DNA of 64,000 nt from a virus (IMGVR_UViG_3300048924_000203:22232-86231); one strand, 5' to 3'; positions 1 to 9,762 are shown, counted from the first letter of the stretch. Notes: generated by a model not told the origin, from the letters alone. Numbers and translations are program-made.

Positions 1-32
1 ACATCGACCACACGCCGGCATATGCCAGCGGC

Positions 33-227
33 ATGGCGCATCTCCGGGAAGTCATGGGCTGGGACTCCACCGATGAGCGCAACACCACCGGAGTAGGGGC
101 CAGCCGCCCCGCCGGGCCACGAACCACACCTGCCACACCCCTTTCACCCGGAGGGGCCCCACGAGGCGCCTGCGGGACGCGTAGCGGCGACTCGGAGTCG
201 GAACCGACGAGAGGCCACAGCGCATGA
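33..227 (+). CDS. hypothetical protein; frame is open to the window start, so it may be the C-terminus of an upstream gene
   Basis: ORF track; stop overlaps the next start as ATGA; Pro/Gly-rich. Confidence 0.3.
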   Translation: MAHLREVMGWDSTDERNTTGVGASRPAGPRTTPATPLSPGGAPRGACGTRSGDSESEPTRGHSA

Positions 228-478
228 GGACCAGGGCGAGCCGCCTCGTGTGGCATGAGACGGCGCAACGCTGGTTCTCGGCGACCGGGGCCCGCGGAAT
301 CTACTCGCTGTTCTGGTCTGGTGGGTGCTGGTGGCTGACCGGTAAGGGCCATGACGGGCTGTTGATGATGGCGCTCCCGCCGTTCGGTCAGCGGTTCGGC
401 GATCGTGATCAGGCGGAGCTGCACGCTGACTGGATCGAATGCCACGGCGCCGAGGGCGAAGTCAGCGGGGCCGGATGA
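224..478 (+). CDS. hypothetical protein (84 aa)
   Basis: ORF track; ATGA overlaps at both ends. Confidence 0.5.
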   Translation: MRTRASRLVWHETAQRWFSATGARGIYSLFWSGGCWWLTGKGHDGLLMMALPPFGQRFGDRDQAELHADWIECHGAEGEVSGAG

Positions 479-1455
479 GCGGGAACGTCACGGCGACAGA
501 CCTTTTCGCTGGCGCCGGTGGATCATCGGAAGGCCTGAGGCAGGCGGGTATCCGCGTCGTCACTGCGGCGAACCACGACCCGATCGCCGTAGCCACCCAC
601 CGCGCCAACCATCCGGACACCGAGCACCGATGTGCTGACCTGTCCGAGACGGACTGGCGAACGTTCCCGCGGACGCAGGTGCTGTGGCTGAGCCCGTCGT
701 GTGTGTGGCATGCACGCTGTGGCGGCCGGAAGCGTCCGCCCGCCGATGTGGAGCGGATGCGCGCCGATGCCGGGGCGATCGACCGGGCCACCGCATTCGC
801 CGCGATCGAAGCTGCCGAGGTTCACCGGTACCCGCTCATTTTCGTGGAGAACGTCCCGGAGTTTCAGGCATGGACCTTGTATCGGTGGTGGCTGGACGGG
901 CTGCGGGCACTCGGCTATCACGTGCAGCCAATGGTGTTGGACGCCTACGACTTCGGTGAGGCGCAGCATCGGAAGCGTTGGTTCCTCGCAGCGACGTTCG
1001 ATGGTCTGCACATCGACCTCACCCCGCCGTACGTGCCGGTCCGGAACGCCGCGGACATCCTCGACGACCACGCGCTGGAGCCGGTGACCCGCCGGTTGTA
1101 CGTGTCTCCGCAGATCGACGCCATCGCAGAACGCGAGGTGCCGCACCTGGTGACCTACCGGCGCAACGCCAGACCGCACCGGACCGACCGGAGGCCGTTG
1201 GCCACGATCACAGCCGGCGGGAACCACCACGCCGTCGCCCTGGTCGACAGCCTCGGCCGGCAGTGGCACCGGCTGCTCACGGACCGGGAATGTGCACGCG
1301 CACAGGGCTTCCCGGACAGCTATGAGTTCGTCGGCACCAGAACACCGGTACCCGAGTTGCATGGCCCGGTGCGCCGCCAGATTGGTAATGCGGTGCCGGT
1401 GGGTATCGCCCGCTGGTTCGGCGAGCGCGCCATCGAAGCGTTGGGGGCGGCATGA
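475..1455 (+). CDS. DNA cytosine-5 methyltransferase
   Basis: Motifs I (DLFAGAGG), IV (SPSC), ENV, QHRKRWF and GNAVPV; start at MSGNV, which overlaps the upstream stop. Confidence 0.9.
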   Translation: MSGNVTATDLFAGAGGSSEGLRQAGIRVVTAANHDPIAVATHRANHPDTEHRCADLSETDWRTFPRTQVLWLSPSCVWHARCGGRKRPPADVERMRADAGAIDRATAFAAIEAAEVHRYPLIFVENVPEFQAWTLYRWWLDGLRALGYHVQPMVLDAYDFGEAQHRKRWFLAATFDGLHIDLTPPYVPVRNAADILDDHALEPVTRRLYVSPQIDAIAEREVPHLVTYRRNARPHRTDRRPLATITAGGNHHAVALVDSLGRQWHRLLTDRECARAQGFPDSYEFVGTRTPVPELHGPVRRQIGNAVPVGIARWFGERAIEALGAA

Positions 1456-1598
1456 CTGACCCGATGTCACCTGAAGCGTGGGCGATCGCACGGATCCGGG
1501 AACTGCACGCCGAGTACTCGAACGCGCTGGAGGTTCCCCGCTACCGCATCGGCTCCATCTTGTCGGACCTTGATCGCGAACAGGCGGCGCAGCCATGA
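1452..1598 (+). CDS. hypothetical small protein (48 aa)
   Basis: ATGA overlap with the methyltransferase stop; below the ORF-track size cutoff. Confidence 0.35.
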   Translation: MTDPMSPEAWAIARIRELHAEYSNALEVPRYRIGSILSDLDREQAAQP

Positions 1599-1627
1599 CG
1601 AACCGGCCCACAATCTTCGGAAATACA

Positions 1628-1710
1628 TTGCACTGCAAGTGGTTTCATCATAGGATGAGCTTGTTGGCAAGCGGAAACGAGTCCGCGAGCGAGACGGAAT
1701 GGAGTCCGAT
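1628..1710 (+). promoter_or_regulatory. Promoter-plus-leader repeat, copy 1: -35 TTGCAC (1628-1633), 17-nt spacer, -10 TAGGAT (1651-1656), conserved structured leader
   Basis: One of five homologous ~90-bp elements; the others are copies 2-5 at 20382, 26594, 31327 and 32703. Confidence 0.55.
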
Positions 1711-2259
1711 TTGAAGCCGATTCTCACCGTTGACCAGCGCTGGCTACTTCGGTCCGTCGGCGGCTGGACGATGCGCGACTGCATGATCAGCCCCGAAGGC
1801 GTCTCTCACCTGATGCAGTCCATGTATGGCAGCAGTGGACACCCGATCGACGGTGGCCCGGCATGGCTGGCCAGCGGATTCCAATGCCGGGGCCGCAAAG
1901 TGGTGTCGAAACAGCCGCCGGTCGTCACTGTGACGGATGTGCAGATCAACCGCTACGCCGCCCAATTGGATGCGCCGCTCAAGGCTGAGTTGGTTGAGTG
2001 CCAGCAGGCTGACCGCGCGGAGAACGACCGCGTGTGGAAGTGGTGCCGCTGCGGACGCGAAGCCGAATGTCTCAGGGCCAACGAGGGTGATCCGTTCTGG
2101 GGCAACAGGTATCACCCATCCGAGGCTGAGGTGCAGGAGCACTACGAGGAGTGCTGGCGGATCCGCGACTGGACGGATGACCTTCTCGACCGGGCGCTCG
2201 GATTCGAGATCGCCGGCGAACAGCTCGGCCAGTTGGAACTTTTCGAGGTAAGCGCATGA
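1711..2259 (+). CDS. hypothetical protein; first gene downstream of repeat copy 1 (alternative ATG start at 1699)
   Basis: ORF track 1699..2259; TTG at 1711 aligns with the second-ATG position of the other copies, 6 nt after GGAG. Confidence 0.55.
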   Translation: MKPILTVDQRWLLRSVGGWTMRDCMISPEGVSHLMQSMYGSSGHPIDGGPAWLASGFQCRGRKVVSKQPPVVTVTDVQINRYAAQLDAPLKAELVECQQADRAENDRVWKWCRCGREAECLRANEGDPFWGNRYHPSEAEVQEHYEECWRIRDWTDDLLDRALGFEIAGEQLGQLELFEVSA

Positions 2260-2312
2260 CCCAACTGCCCGGTCCCGTGCCGGGCCACACGACGGATTGA
2301 AGGAGACAACGA

Positions 2313-2618
2313 ATGGCTGAAATCCCTGTAATCGATGCTGCGAGAAAGGCTGTCGGCCTGGACCGCGAGTCCATCCTCGCCGAGGTCGAAAGCCTGATCC
2401 GTTCGGGCATGCCGGACGCCGTGGTGATGGGCTTCATGAAGGCCAAGGTCGATGACCTGGCCGACCGATACTCGGAGGCGCAGTGGGCTGAGGCCGGCCG
2501 CATCGTCGACGAGCTTGGCCAGACGGTGCACAAGGGCGACCCGATCAAGAGGGCGCGTGTCGAACAGTTCAACCAGATGTTCCTGTCCGAGCTGCGGAAG
2601 CGGCAGGGGGAATCCTAG
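2313..2618 (+). CDS. hypothetical protein
   Basis: ORF track; ribosome binding site GAAGGAGA. Confidence 0.65.
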   Translation: MAEIPVIDAARKAVGLDRESILAEVESLIRSGMPDAVVMGFMKAKVDDLADRYSEAQWAEAGRIVDELGQTVHKGDPIKRARVEQFNQMFLSELRKRQGES

Positions 2619-2872
2619 TGAGCGACAACCTGACCAACGCGTGGATTCGCCCCATTGGCGATGACGAAGCATTCGAGGGAATGCTCGAATGCGAGAGACG
2701 CCGCGACTACGAGGCCGCCGCACTGAACTGTCTTGCTGCAGCGTCTATGACGCCCGAGGGCAGCGGTGAGGGCACTGATCTCGTCCGTATTGCCCAGGTG
2801 TACGCCACGCTTCATCAGGCACAGACGGCGCTGTTTATTGCAGAGAACCGTCAGCCGGTGATTTACCGATGA
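2618..2872 (+). CDS. hypothetical protein (GTG start)
   Basis: ORF track; N-terminal MSDNL shared with the next gene. Confidence 0.5.
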   Translation: MSDNLTNAWIRPIGDDEAFEGMLECERRRDYEAAALNCLAAASMTPEGSGEGTDLVRIAQVYATLHQAQTALFIAENRQPVIYR

Positions 2873-3975
2873 GCGACAACCTGATCGAACGCGCCGACGC
2901 CGCGCTAGTGGGAATCGAGACGTGGGATGTGTTCGGCGACTGGGTGGCAGCGCGGGTCAACCAGTGCACCTGCGCCTGCATCTCTGGGTATGGCCATGAG
3001 CCGGGGTGTGGATACGAACCCGTCGGCAAGGTCGACGAGCCAATCCTGAAACTCGCTGTGGCAGCGCGTGAACTGCTGCCGGAGCTGGTCGAGGCGCTCA
3101 AGCAGGCGCGCTCGTACAAGTCGCTGCCGATCGACATGGTGTGGCAGGACTACTACTCGCCGGACGACGTGCTCAAGATCCGGCGCCCACTCGATGCCGA
3201 GATTGAACGATTGCGTGCTGGCGGGCCTTGGGTTGAGCACGTCGAAACTGTTCGCGCCCTGCAAGAGTCACGGCACGGGGGCTGCATCTGCGACCGCAAC
3301 CCCGAAACCACCAACGGCCCCGAAGAGTACTGCTCGCACCACGGGCGCCCGTACTACGAGGCGGTCGACCGGCTGACGGCTGAGATCGACCTTCTGGTCC
3401 AGCAGCGGCGTGAGTTCACCGACCGGCTCGGGTACGGCGATGGTGTCACCGAACCGGCAGCCGAACTGGCCGACCTCGTCGACCCGATCAAGGAAGCGTT
3501 CTCCGAGGCCCGTGAGCACCACGAGTGCCCGCGTCTGTGTGAGCTGTGCGGGGAGCACCGGGCAACCACACGTTGCCCCGAGTGCCACGGGTCGGGCTGC
3601 CACGCGGCGATGTGCGAAGCATCGGGCGCGTACCGGGAGTGCGAGTACTGCGCCGGCGTCGGCTGGGTCCATGATGGCTGCGCCGAAATGAGTTACGCCG
3701 ACCTGGTCGCCCAGGCCGAGGTGGCGGTACGTCCCGTCGAGGACCCTGACTGGAAGCAGACCGACACCGGAGTCAAGGCCGGAGGAAAGCCCATTGATTG
3801 GTGCCCGAAGTGGTTGCGAGAGTGCTTATGCGCCCAGGCGACCAACGCGCCCGACGACCGAACACGGGCTGAGATTGGCCGGCTGATTCGACTGCTCGAC
3901 CTGCATCGGCCGCTGAGGAATGACGGGAAGCACCGCACCCTTCACACACCGACTTGCGGATGTGACGACCGATGA
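2869..3975 (+). CDS. Cys/His-rich protein with DnaJ-type CxxCxGxG zinc-finger motifs
   Basis: CPECHGSGCH, CELCGEH and CEYCAGVG motifs; ATGA overlap. Confidence 0.6.
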   Translation: MSDNLIERADAALVGIETWDVFGDWVAARVNQCTCACISGYGHEPGCGYEPVGKVDEPILKLAVAARELLPELVEALKQARSYKSLPIDMVWQDYYSPDDVLKIRRPLDAEIERLRAGGPWVEHVETVRALQESRHGGCICDRNPETTNGPEEYCSHHGRPYYEAVDRLTAEIDLLVQQRREFTDRLGYGDGVTEPAAELADLVDPIKEAFSEAREHHECPRLCELCGEHRATTRCPECHGSGCHAAMCEASGAYRECEYCAGVGWVHDGCAEMSYADLVAQAEVAVRPVEDPDWKQTDTGVKAGGKPIDWCPKWLRECLCAQATNAPDDRTRAEIGRLIRLLDLHRPLRNDGKHRTLHTPTCGCDDR

Positions 3976-4178
3976 GCGAGATCACCCGCTATGTCCTGGT
4001 TGGTCAGGACAACACCGAAGGCAGCTTCGAGTACACCGACTACGACGAGGCGGTGCGCGCCGCCACGGCGACTGGGCGCACGGCAGTCATTGAGCGTGTC
4101 TACACCTACGAGGACAGCGGCCTGGTCTGGACGCCGGACGGATCAGGCGTCTGGCCGCCGAAACGAGGGACGAGATGA
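3972..4178 (+). CDS. hypothetical protein
   Basis: ORF track; ATGA overlap. Confidence 0.5.
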   Translation: MSEITRYVLVGQDNTEGSFEYTDYDEAVRAATATGRTAVIERVYTYEDSGLVWTPDGSGVWPPKRGTR

Positions 4179-4492
4179 TTGACCCCGCAATTGAAGCCGC
4201 GCGGCGCGCATGGGTAGAGCGGTACGGCGAAAGCCAACTCGACAAATTCACGGACAAGGTGGATGACGAGGAAGACATCGCAGCATTCGTCACCGCCGCC
4301 GCCCGCGAGATGGCCAAGCCGATCAGGGAACTGCATCGGCCGATGACCCCCGACGAACTGCGCGATACGTGGCCGGGATACGTCGGAGTCGATCGCGCTG
4401 TTTGTGCGGAATGCACCAACGTCGACCGACTCAGGTGGCTGGACGAGTGCCCTACCGCCGATTGCGTCTACACCACCGAGGAGCTGGCGTGA
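4175..4492 (+). CDS. hypothetical protein (paralog A)
   Basis: ORF track; N-terminus MIDPAIEAARRAW. Confidence 0.55.
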   Translation: MIDPAIEAARRAWVERYGESQLDKFTDKVDDEEDIAAFVTAAAREMAKPIRELHRPMTPDELRDTWPGYVGVDRAVCAECTNVDRLRWLDECPTADCVYTTEELA

Positions 4493-4764
4493 GAGATCCC
4501 GCAATTGAAGCCGCACAACGCGTGTGGGATGAGATCGAGGACAACGACGCCACGTTCGACCCTGTGTTGGACATCGAGTGCGCCGAGCTGGTCGACGCTG
4601 CCCGCGAGGCGCTCGCCCCGATCCGGGAGCGTCACCGCCCATACGACCGGCCCATCTACGGCTCCGCTCAGACCGAGCGGGTGTGCCGCCACTGCCTCGG
4701 ACCGATCAAGTGGCCGTGCCCGGACGCCAGGGATGCCTACAGCAGTGAGGAATTGGAACGATGA
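4489..4764 (+). CDS. hypothetical protein (paralog B of 4175..4492)
   Basis: GTGA-overlap start; N-terminus VRDPAIEAAQRVW matches the upstream gene. Confidence 0.5.
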   Translation: MRDPAIEAAQRVWDEIEDNDATFDPVLDIECAELVDAAREALAPIRERHRPYDRPIYGSAQTERVCRHCLGPIKWPCPDARDAYSSEELER

Positions 4765-5201
4765 GTGATTCACTTCCCCCAGCAGAGGCCCAGCATCCGG
4801 CCTGTGGAGCATGCGGCAGCGAAACGCGGTACGACGGTGATCGCTTCATCTGCGAGGACTGCCAACTCGCGTTCAGCACCGACGACTTCCATGCCTTCTA
4901 TCTCGACCCCGAAGATGAGCCATGCGGCAAAGCGTGTGACAACAAATGGCACGGCGACAACAAGATCACACCTGGACACGGATTCGACTGCGGCACATGC
5001 AAACTTCCGACAGAGCACACGTCACCGTGCTGGAGGAACTGCCAGCCACGTGAGGTGCGAACCGAAATCGAAAAGCTAGATGACGCCGTCAAGAATCGCA
5101 CCCGCGGCAAGCTGCTCGGCGAGCTGACGCCGGATGAACTGAAGGCTGCGTTCGCGAGCGGGCCGATCATGTTCCGCGATGGCGAGCTGGTCGAGCCATG
5201 A
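4761..5201 (+). CDS. Cys-rich hypothetical protein (zinc-ribbon-like)
   Basis: ORF track; CGACGSETRY...CEDC motif. Confidence 0.55.
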   Translation: MSDSLPPAEAQHPACGACGSETRYDGDRFICEDCQLAFSTDDFHAFYLDPEDEPCGKACDNKWHGDNKITPGHGFDCGTCKLPTEHTSPCWRNCQPREVRTEIEKLDDAVKNRTRGKLLGELTPDELKAAFASGPIMFRDGELVEP

Positions 5202-5458
5202 GCTGGCGCAAGATCACCTGCGAAGAACGCGACGCCATCTATCAGGCCGAGCGCGACGAGAAGCTGGCCCCGATCTCCAGCTGCACCGACATGTCCGGCG
5301 AATTCCACGGCGGAGAGCCGCAGATGGACATCATCTGGGGCCTTGCGTCCACCGACACCCCGGTCCTGCGCGAGACGCGTTACCCGTCGCGGGATGCGGG
5401 GCAGCCTGACCGTAAGCCCTGTGAGCACTGGACATTTCAGAACGATGGTGACCGATGA
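5198..5458 (+). CDS. hypothetical protein
   Basis: ORF track; ATGA overlap. Confidence 0.5.
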   Translation: MSWRKITCEERDAIYQAERDEKLAPISSCTDMSGEFHGGEPQMDIIWGLASTDTPVLRETRYPSRDAGQPDRKPCEHWTFQNDGDR

Positions 5459-5571
5459 AAGACAAGAGATTCGACGCGCTGTTCTTCGTGCTGATGATCC
5501 TGCTCGCATTCGTAGGGCTGTGCGGGCTCGCCTGGTTCATCTGCGACTACGTGAACGGGGCAATGCCTTGA
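5455..5571 (+). CDS. small membrane protein (38 aa)
   Basis: ATGA overlap; hydrophobic core FFVLMILLAFVGLCGLAWFI. Confidence 0.35.
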   Translation: MKDKRFDALFFVLMILLAFVGLCGLAWFICDYVNGAMP

Positions 5572-6416
5572 GAGGCAAGACATCACCGCCGTTTGCCTAC
5601 TACGGCGGCAAGACTCGTATGGCATCGAGAATCGCGGCCCTGCTGCCGGCGCACGACCATTACATCGAACCGTTCGCCGGGAGCCTCGCAGTGCTTCTGG
5701 CCAAGGAACGCAGCCGCATGGAGACGGTCAACGACATTGACAACCTGCTGATGGCGTTCTGGCAAGTGCTCCGGGACAAGCCCGACGAGCTGGCGCGCGC
5801 CTGCGCGTTGACGCCGCATTCAAGGACGGAGTACTTGGCTGCGCGCGAGGCCTCGCTGGACGATCTCGACGATGTTGAGCGCGCACGCCTGGTCTGGGTG
5901 CAGCTCGCGCAGGGCCGCGGCGGCACACTCCGGAAAACGGGCTGGCGCTGCTACATCGACCCGGCGGGGTGTTCGTCTGGGATGACTCAGTACCTCGCCG
6001 GCTACGTCGATCGCATGGCTGCGTGCGCTGAGCGGCTTCAGCGCGTGAGCCTCGAATGCCTTCCCGGCCTGGAGATCGTCAAGAAATACGGGGCGTACGC
6101 GGACTGCTGCCTGTACGTTGACCCGCCCTACGTCGGGACCACTCGCGCCAGCGGCGGTGGGACGTACCGGCACGAGATGCGTAGCCGTGACGAGCACCTC
6201 GAACTGATTGAGGAGTTGATGGCCTGCCGCGCCTCAGTGGTTGTCTCCGGCTACCCCTCGGAGCTGTACGACGACGCGCTGCGCGGATGGGACCGCGTCG
6301 AGATTCCCACGATGACCGGCCAGGCGAAGACCAATCACTCACGCACCGAGGTTGTTTGGTCGAACCGTCCGATCAGCGAGCAGCAGTCTCTCTTCGAAAG
6401 CGAGCCTGCGTCATGA
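5568..6416 (+). CDS. dam: DNA N6-adenine methyltransferase (Dam family)
   Basis: Motif I PFAYYGGK and DPPY motif; TTG start overlapping the upstream stop; the ATG at 5343 is rejected. Confidence 0.8.
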   Translation: MRGKTSPPFAYYGGKTRMASRIAALLPAHDHYIEPFAGSLAVLLAKERSRMETVNDIDNLLMAFWQVLRDKPDELARACALTPHSRTEYLAAREASLDDLDDVERARLVWVQLAQGRGGTLRKTGWRCYIDPAGCSSGMTQYLAGYVDRMAACAERLQRVSLECLPGLEIVKKYGAYADCCLYVDPPYVGTTRASGGGTYRHEMRSRDEHLELIEELMACRASVVVSGYPSELYDDALRGWDRVEIPTMTGQAKTNHSRTEVVWSNRPISEQQSLFESEPAS

Positions 6417-6447
6417 CCCGTGGCACCACTGAACGATTGGGAGGTCC

Positions 6448-7119
6448 TTGATGTCTGAAACTAAATCCGATGACGAGTTCGTCGATGTTCGGATCGAGTT
6501 GCCGTTGCCGATGGACATCACCGGGACGCTGCTTCAGGTCATTGGGATGACGTGGCCGGGCACGATGATCAAGGACGGCAAAGGGGAGTGGCGTAGCGAT
6601 AGCCGTCTGGTGCTGGCGATCCCGAATGCGGAGCGGCACAAGTCGCCGAAGAAGGCCGAGAAATACGCGAAAGTCAAAGCGCACCTTGATGGTTGGGCCG
6701 ATACGGTGCTCAACGACCTTGGCCCCAGCGGTGTCGGTTTCGGTCTGCCGATGTACGTGGCAGACCTGCTGATCGGTATGTGCCAGGCGCAGTTCGAGCA
6801 GTGCCCCGACGCAGAAAACTACTTCGAATCGACGGTGTACGACCGGGAGAACCACACGCGCTACGTGGTTATCTGCGCGAGGTCCGAGGGCCAGACGCCG
6901 CACGCGCTGCGCCGGCAGGCCGAAGCTGAGCGGGACGATGCGCTGGCCGAAGTCGAACGACTCCGCGCAGCGCTAGATGACCGGAACATCATCACCGATC
7001 ACTACTTCCTGCCAGTGCTCGGCCATCCCGATGACGACGAGTGCACACACCGATCCGACGGCGCCGACTCGACGTACTGCGGCCAGTCGGAATCCGACCA
7101 CGCATGGAGTGACCGATGA
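6448..7119 (+). CDS. hypothetical protein
   Basis: ORF track; ribosome binding site GGGAGG. Confidence 0.6.
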   Translation: MMSETKSDDEFVDVRIELPLPMDITGTLLQVIGMTWPGTMIKDGKGEWRSDSRLVLAIPNAERHKSPKKAEKYAKVKAHLDGWADTVLNDLGPSGVGFGLPMYVADLLIGMCQAQFEQCPDAENYFESTVYDRENHTRYVVICARSEGQTPHALRRQAEAERDDALAEVERLRAALDDRNIITDHYFLPVLGHPDDDECTHRSDGADSTYCGQSESDHAWSDR

Positions 7120-7577
7120 GCGCGATCAACAAGGCTTTCTACATCGACAGCTACGGGAACCGTCATTGGTACCTGATGCTCGATGAGTATCCCGACTATC
7201 GCTACGAAGCGCGCAGGGTTGAGCCGCACGAGCTTCGGCACGGGCGCCCCAATGGCGAGACGCTCTACTGGGCCGAGGTCGGCCCGTTCGTCACGAGCTA
7301 CGTGCATAGCCCCGGGAGTAGGGACGCCTTTGGCGGGAGTGAGATCACGGTTCCCATGAAGGACGGCAGCGCCCGAACGTTCAAGGGTGATCTGTGGAGT
7401 TCTGGGCAGTGGTTGGCGAACCCCAACAGCAAGGGCGTCGCGATTGCATCTGTCGAGCAACTGACGAAGTGCTACGTGTTCTTCGGCGGCAGCCACATCG
7501 ACAACGACTTCTTCGAGCGATGGCTGGACGAGAACCCAGACAAAATCGCGCCGTATGAACGAGGCAGGGTCGCATGA
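7116..7577 (+). CDS. hypothetical protein
   Basis: ORF track; ATGA overlap. Confidence 0.6.
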   Translation: MSAINKAFYIDSYGNRHWYLMLDEYPDYRYEARRVEPHELRHGRPNGETLYWAEVGPFVTSYVHSPGSRDAFGGSEITVPMKDGSARTFKGDLWSSGQWLANPNSKGVAIASVEQLTKCYVFFGGSHIDNDFFERWLDENPDKIAPYERGRVA

Positions 7578-7882
7578 GTCCTTGCAAGCGTTGCCCGACG
7601 TGCCGCAGCTGGATGCTGTGCGTCTGGGGGAAGTGGCAGCACTTCGACGTCGCTACGCAGCGGTGGGTCGACGAATCCCTGGGCTGTCCACTAACGGACC
7701 TAATGGCGGCTGCGGTGACGGCCGGCGACTACCACGTCACGCCCAACGAAGACGTCATCGATCATCCTGCCTCGGATGAATGTCCCTGCGGCCCAACGCT
7801 CGACCCTGTTGAGCGTGACGACGGCAGCATCGGTTGGGTCTACATCCACCACGCCCTGGACGGAAGAGAGAAGGACGAATGA
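7574..7882 (+). CDS. hypothetical protein
   Basis: ORF track; ATGA overlap. Confidence 0.5.
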   Translation: MSPCKRCPTCRSWMLCVWGKWQHFDVATQRWVDESLGCPLTDLMAAAVTAGDYHVTPNEDVIDHPASDECPCGPTLDPVERDDGSIGWVYIHHALDGREKDE

Positions 7883-8103
7883 GCACGTGCGATCCGACCA
7901 TCGACCCCAGCATGCGGTCACGGCTGACGGTGCGTATGGAGATGTTCGAGGTGTACGAGAAATGTGGCGGCGCAATGGCGCTGCTGATGGTCACCTCTGA
8001 TCCGACTACGGCGCTGAAGGCCGCAACGCAGCCGACCGACAAGATCGTCAAACGCTGGTGGGTACGCGAAGGAACCGCATGTGAGGAGCTGGAAATCCGA
8101 TGA
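7879..8103 (+). CDS. hypothetical protein
   Basis: ATGA-overlap start inside ORF 7834..8103. Confidence 0.45.
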   Translation: MSTCDPTIDPSMRSRLTVRMEMFEVYEKCGGAMALLMVTSDPTTALKAATQPTDKIVKRWWVREGTACEELEIR

Positions 8104-8291
8104 AATGGTTCAGCCGCAAACCCAAGCCGCCATCCGGCCCTGAAATCGTGCGCGACACCTGCGACCCGAATCCCGGCGAATGGCAACCCTTCCCAGACAA
8201 TCTCGCCATCGGCCGCAAGGCTCTCCTGCTCTACGACGTCATCGGTGAGACTGATGGCACCGTCTGGATCCGGAAGAAGCCCAATGCCTGA
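8100..8291 (+). CDS. hypothetical protein
   Basis: ORF track; ATGA overlap. Confidence 0.45.
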   Translation: MKWFSRKPKPPSGPEIVRDTCDPNPGEWQPFPDNLAIGRKALLLYDVIGETDGTVWIRKKPNA

Positions 8292-8562
8292 CACGGCAGA
8301 CAGCCCCGAAGACAAGGCGCACGCTGCGTCGATCGCAATCGCCGAGCAGGCCGGGCACCTGTGGATGCTGGCGAACGCGCAGGGCATGAGGCAGGGCATG
8401 GCGGTGACCGCGGAGATGGTGGACGGCACTATCACCGCACTGTCCGGCGACCCGTCATTGGACGCCGGTCAACGGCGCCTATGCAGCTCCGTGCTGACGT
8501 CGTTGCGGGAGCAAATCACCTTGGCGGCGTTGCAGATTGAAGATCCGGAGCCCCGGCCATGA
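8284..8562 (+). CDS. hypothetical protein
   Basis: ATG at 8284 within ORF 8245..8562. Confidence 0.45.
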   Translation: MPDTADSPEDKAHAASIAIAEQAGHLWMLANAQGMRQGMAVTAEMVDGTITALSGDPSLDAGQRRLCSSVLTSLREQITLAALQIEDPEPRP

Positions 8563-8589
8563 CGAACCACCTGAAGGAAGGCGACACCG

Positions 8590-8862
8590 ATGAAACCTGT
8601 TGATATCGAACGCTGGCAGGAGCTGGAGGACCTGAAGTACCGGGCCTCCCTGGTCCAGTGCCGCATCGCCGCCGGCATCACCGTGCATGACATCGCCGTC
8701 GCAGCTGGGGTTTCCGACTCGTTCATCGAGCGCATCGAGGACTTCACCGCAGACCCGCACCTGTCGACGTTGCGCCGGTACGCGGCTGCGATCGGCGCCG
8801 CGGTTCACCACAGTGTCCGCCAGGTGCCCGCCGACGAGGAACCGGAAGGCGACCAGCAGTGA
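8590..8862 (+). CDS. helix-turn-helix DNA-binding protein (XRE-like)
   Basis: Helix-turn-helix segment CRIAAGITVHDIAVAAGVSDSFIERIE; ribosome binding site GAAGGAAGG. Confidence 0.55.
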   Translation: MKPVDIERWQELEDLKYRASLVQCRIAAGITVHDIAVAAGVSDSFIERIEDFTADPHLSTLRRYAAAIGAAVHHSVRQVPADEEPEGDQQ

Positions 8863-9233
8863 GCACCTGCAGCGACTACCCGTGGATCGAGGTGTACCCG
8901 GTCACCCGTCCATCCAAGGCCGACCTTGGTTGGACGCGCGCCGAATGCCAGCGCTGCGGCCAAGATTCATGCGACAACGCGGAGCCGTACACCGAGGACT
9001 GGACCCACGAGCACGCCAAGAAATGCCACCCCCGCTGGACAGTTCGGAAAGGGCGCTGCAAACCGTGTGCTGACAGCAAACCAGGAGCCTGCCTCAAAGC
9101 GTGGGTGATTACCGATTCCACCGGAGCAACCGTTGGATGCAGCGACGACTTTTACGACGCGATCACCTATGCCACTCGAAAGGCTGGCATCTGCCTGCAG
9201 AACGAACTCACCACACTGGGGGTCACATCCTGA
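8859..9233 (+). CDS. Cys-rich hypothetical protein
   Basis: ORF track; GTGA overlap. Confidence 0.5.
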   Translation: MSTCSDYPWIEVYPVTRPSKADLGWTRAECQRCGQDSCDNAEPYTEDWTHEHAKKCHPRWTVRKGRCKPCADSKPGACLKAWVITDSTGATVGCSDDFYDAITYATRKAGICLQNELTTLGVTS

Positions 9234-9598
9234 TGAACGCTGAAGCCCACAACGTGCTCACCGCTGCATTCGCTCACAGCTTGCAGCATGACGCCCGGCC
9301 GATGTCCACCGCGGGGGAGGCCGAGCACTTCACCAATGTCGCACTGTCTGCTCTCACCGCCGGCCACGCCGTCGTGAAACTGCCTGGACGGTGCGAGATC
9401 CCGATCAGCTGGGGCGGCGATTGCTTGGGAGCCTGGCAGGGGCCCGCGCTGAAGGACCCCGTCAGTGCGTGGCCGTCGCGAACCGGTGGCGAGCCGGAGA
9501 TCGCCCTGCCGGACGGCTCGTTCGTGAGCCTCCAAGATGCTCTCGACTTCGCAGGCGCGCTGTTGGCTGCTCTGAAAGCTGTGGAGTCTGTCCGATGA
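9233..9598 (+). CDS. hypothetical protein
   Basis: TGATG-overlap start inside ORF 9101..9598. Confidence 0.45.
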   Translation: MNAEAHNVLTAAFAHSLQHDARPMSTAGEAEHFTNVALSALTAGHAVVKLPGRCEIPISWGGDCLGAWQGPALKDPVSAWPSRTGGEPEIALPDGSFVSLQDALDFAGALLAALKAVESVR

Positions 9599-9762
9599 CC
9601 GGCCGCCACCGCATGTTCGATGCGAAACGCTGCGACGGGTGGATTGTGCACTGGGCCAAGGAAGTTGGCCACTTCATCAAGATTGGTCAGTTTCGGGCGT
9701 TCTTCCCCGGCGGATTCACGGTGCCCGTCATCATCCCCGGCGAACTTGGAGTTGACCGATGA
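9595..9762 (+). CDS. hypothetical small protein
   Basis: ATGA overlaps at both ends. Confidence 0.35.
   Translation: MTGRHRMFDAKRCDGWIVHWAKEVGHFIKIGQFRAFFPGGFTVPVIIPGELGVDR

Noticed and set aside
523-1638. 371-aa reverse-strand ORF antisense to the cytosine-5 methyltransferase
   Set aside because: Arg/Pro/Gly-rich high-GC antisense artefact; the sense strand has clear methyltransferase motifs.
5343-5567. ATG at 5343 as the Dam start
   Set aside because: It would overlap three upstream genes; TTG at 5568 overlaps the upstream stop and sits just before motif I.
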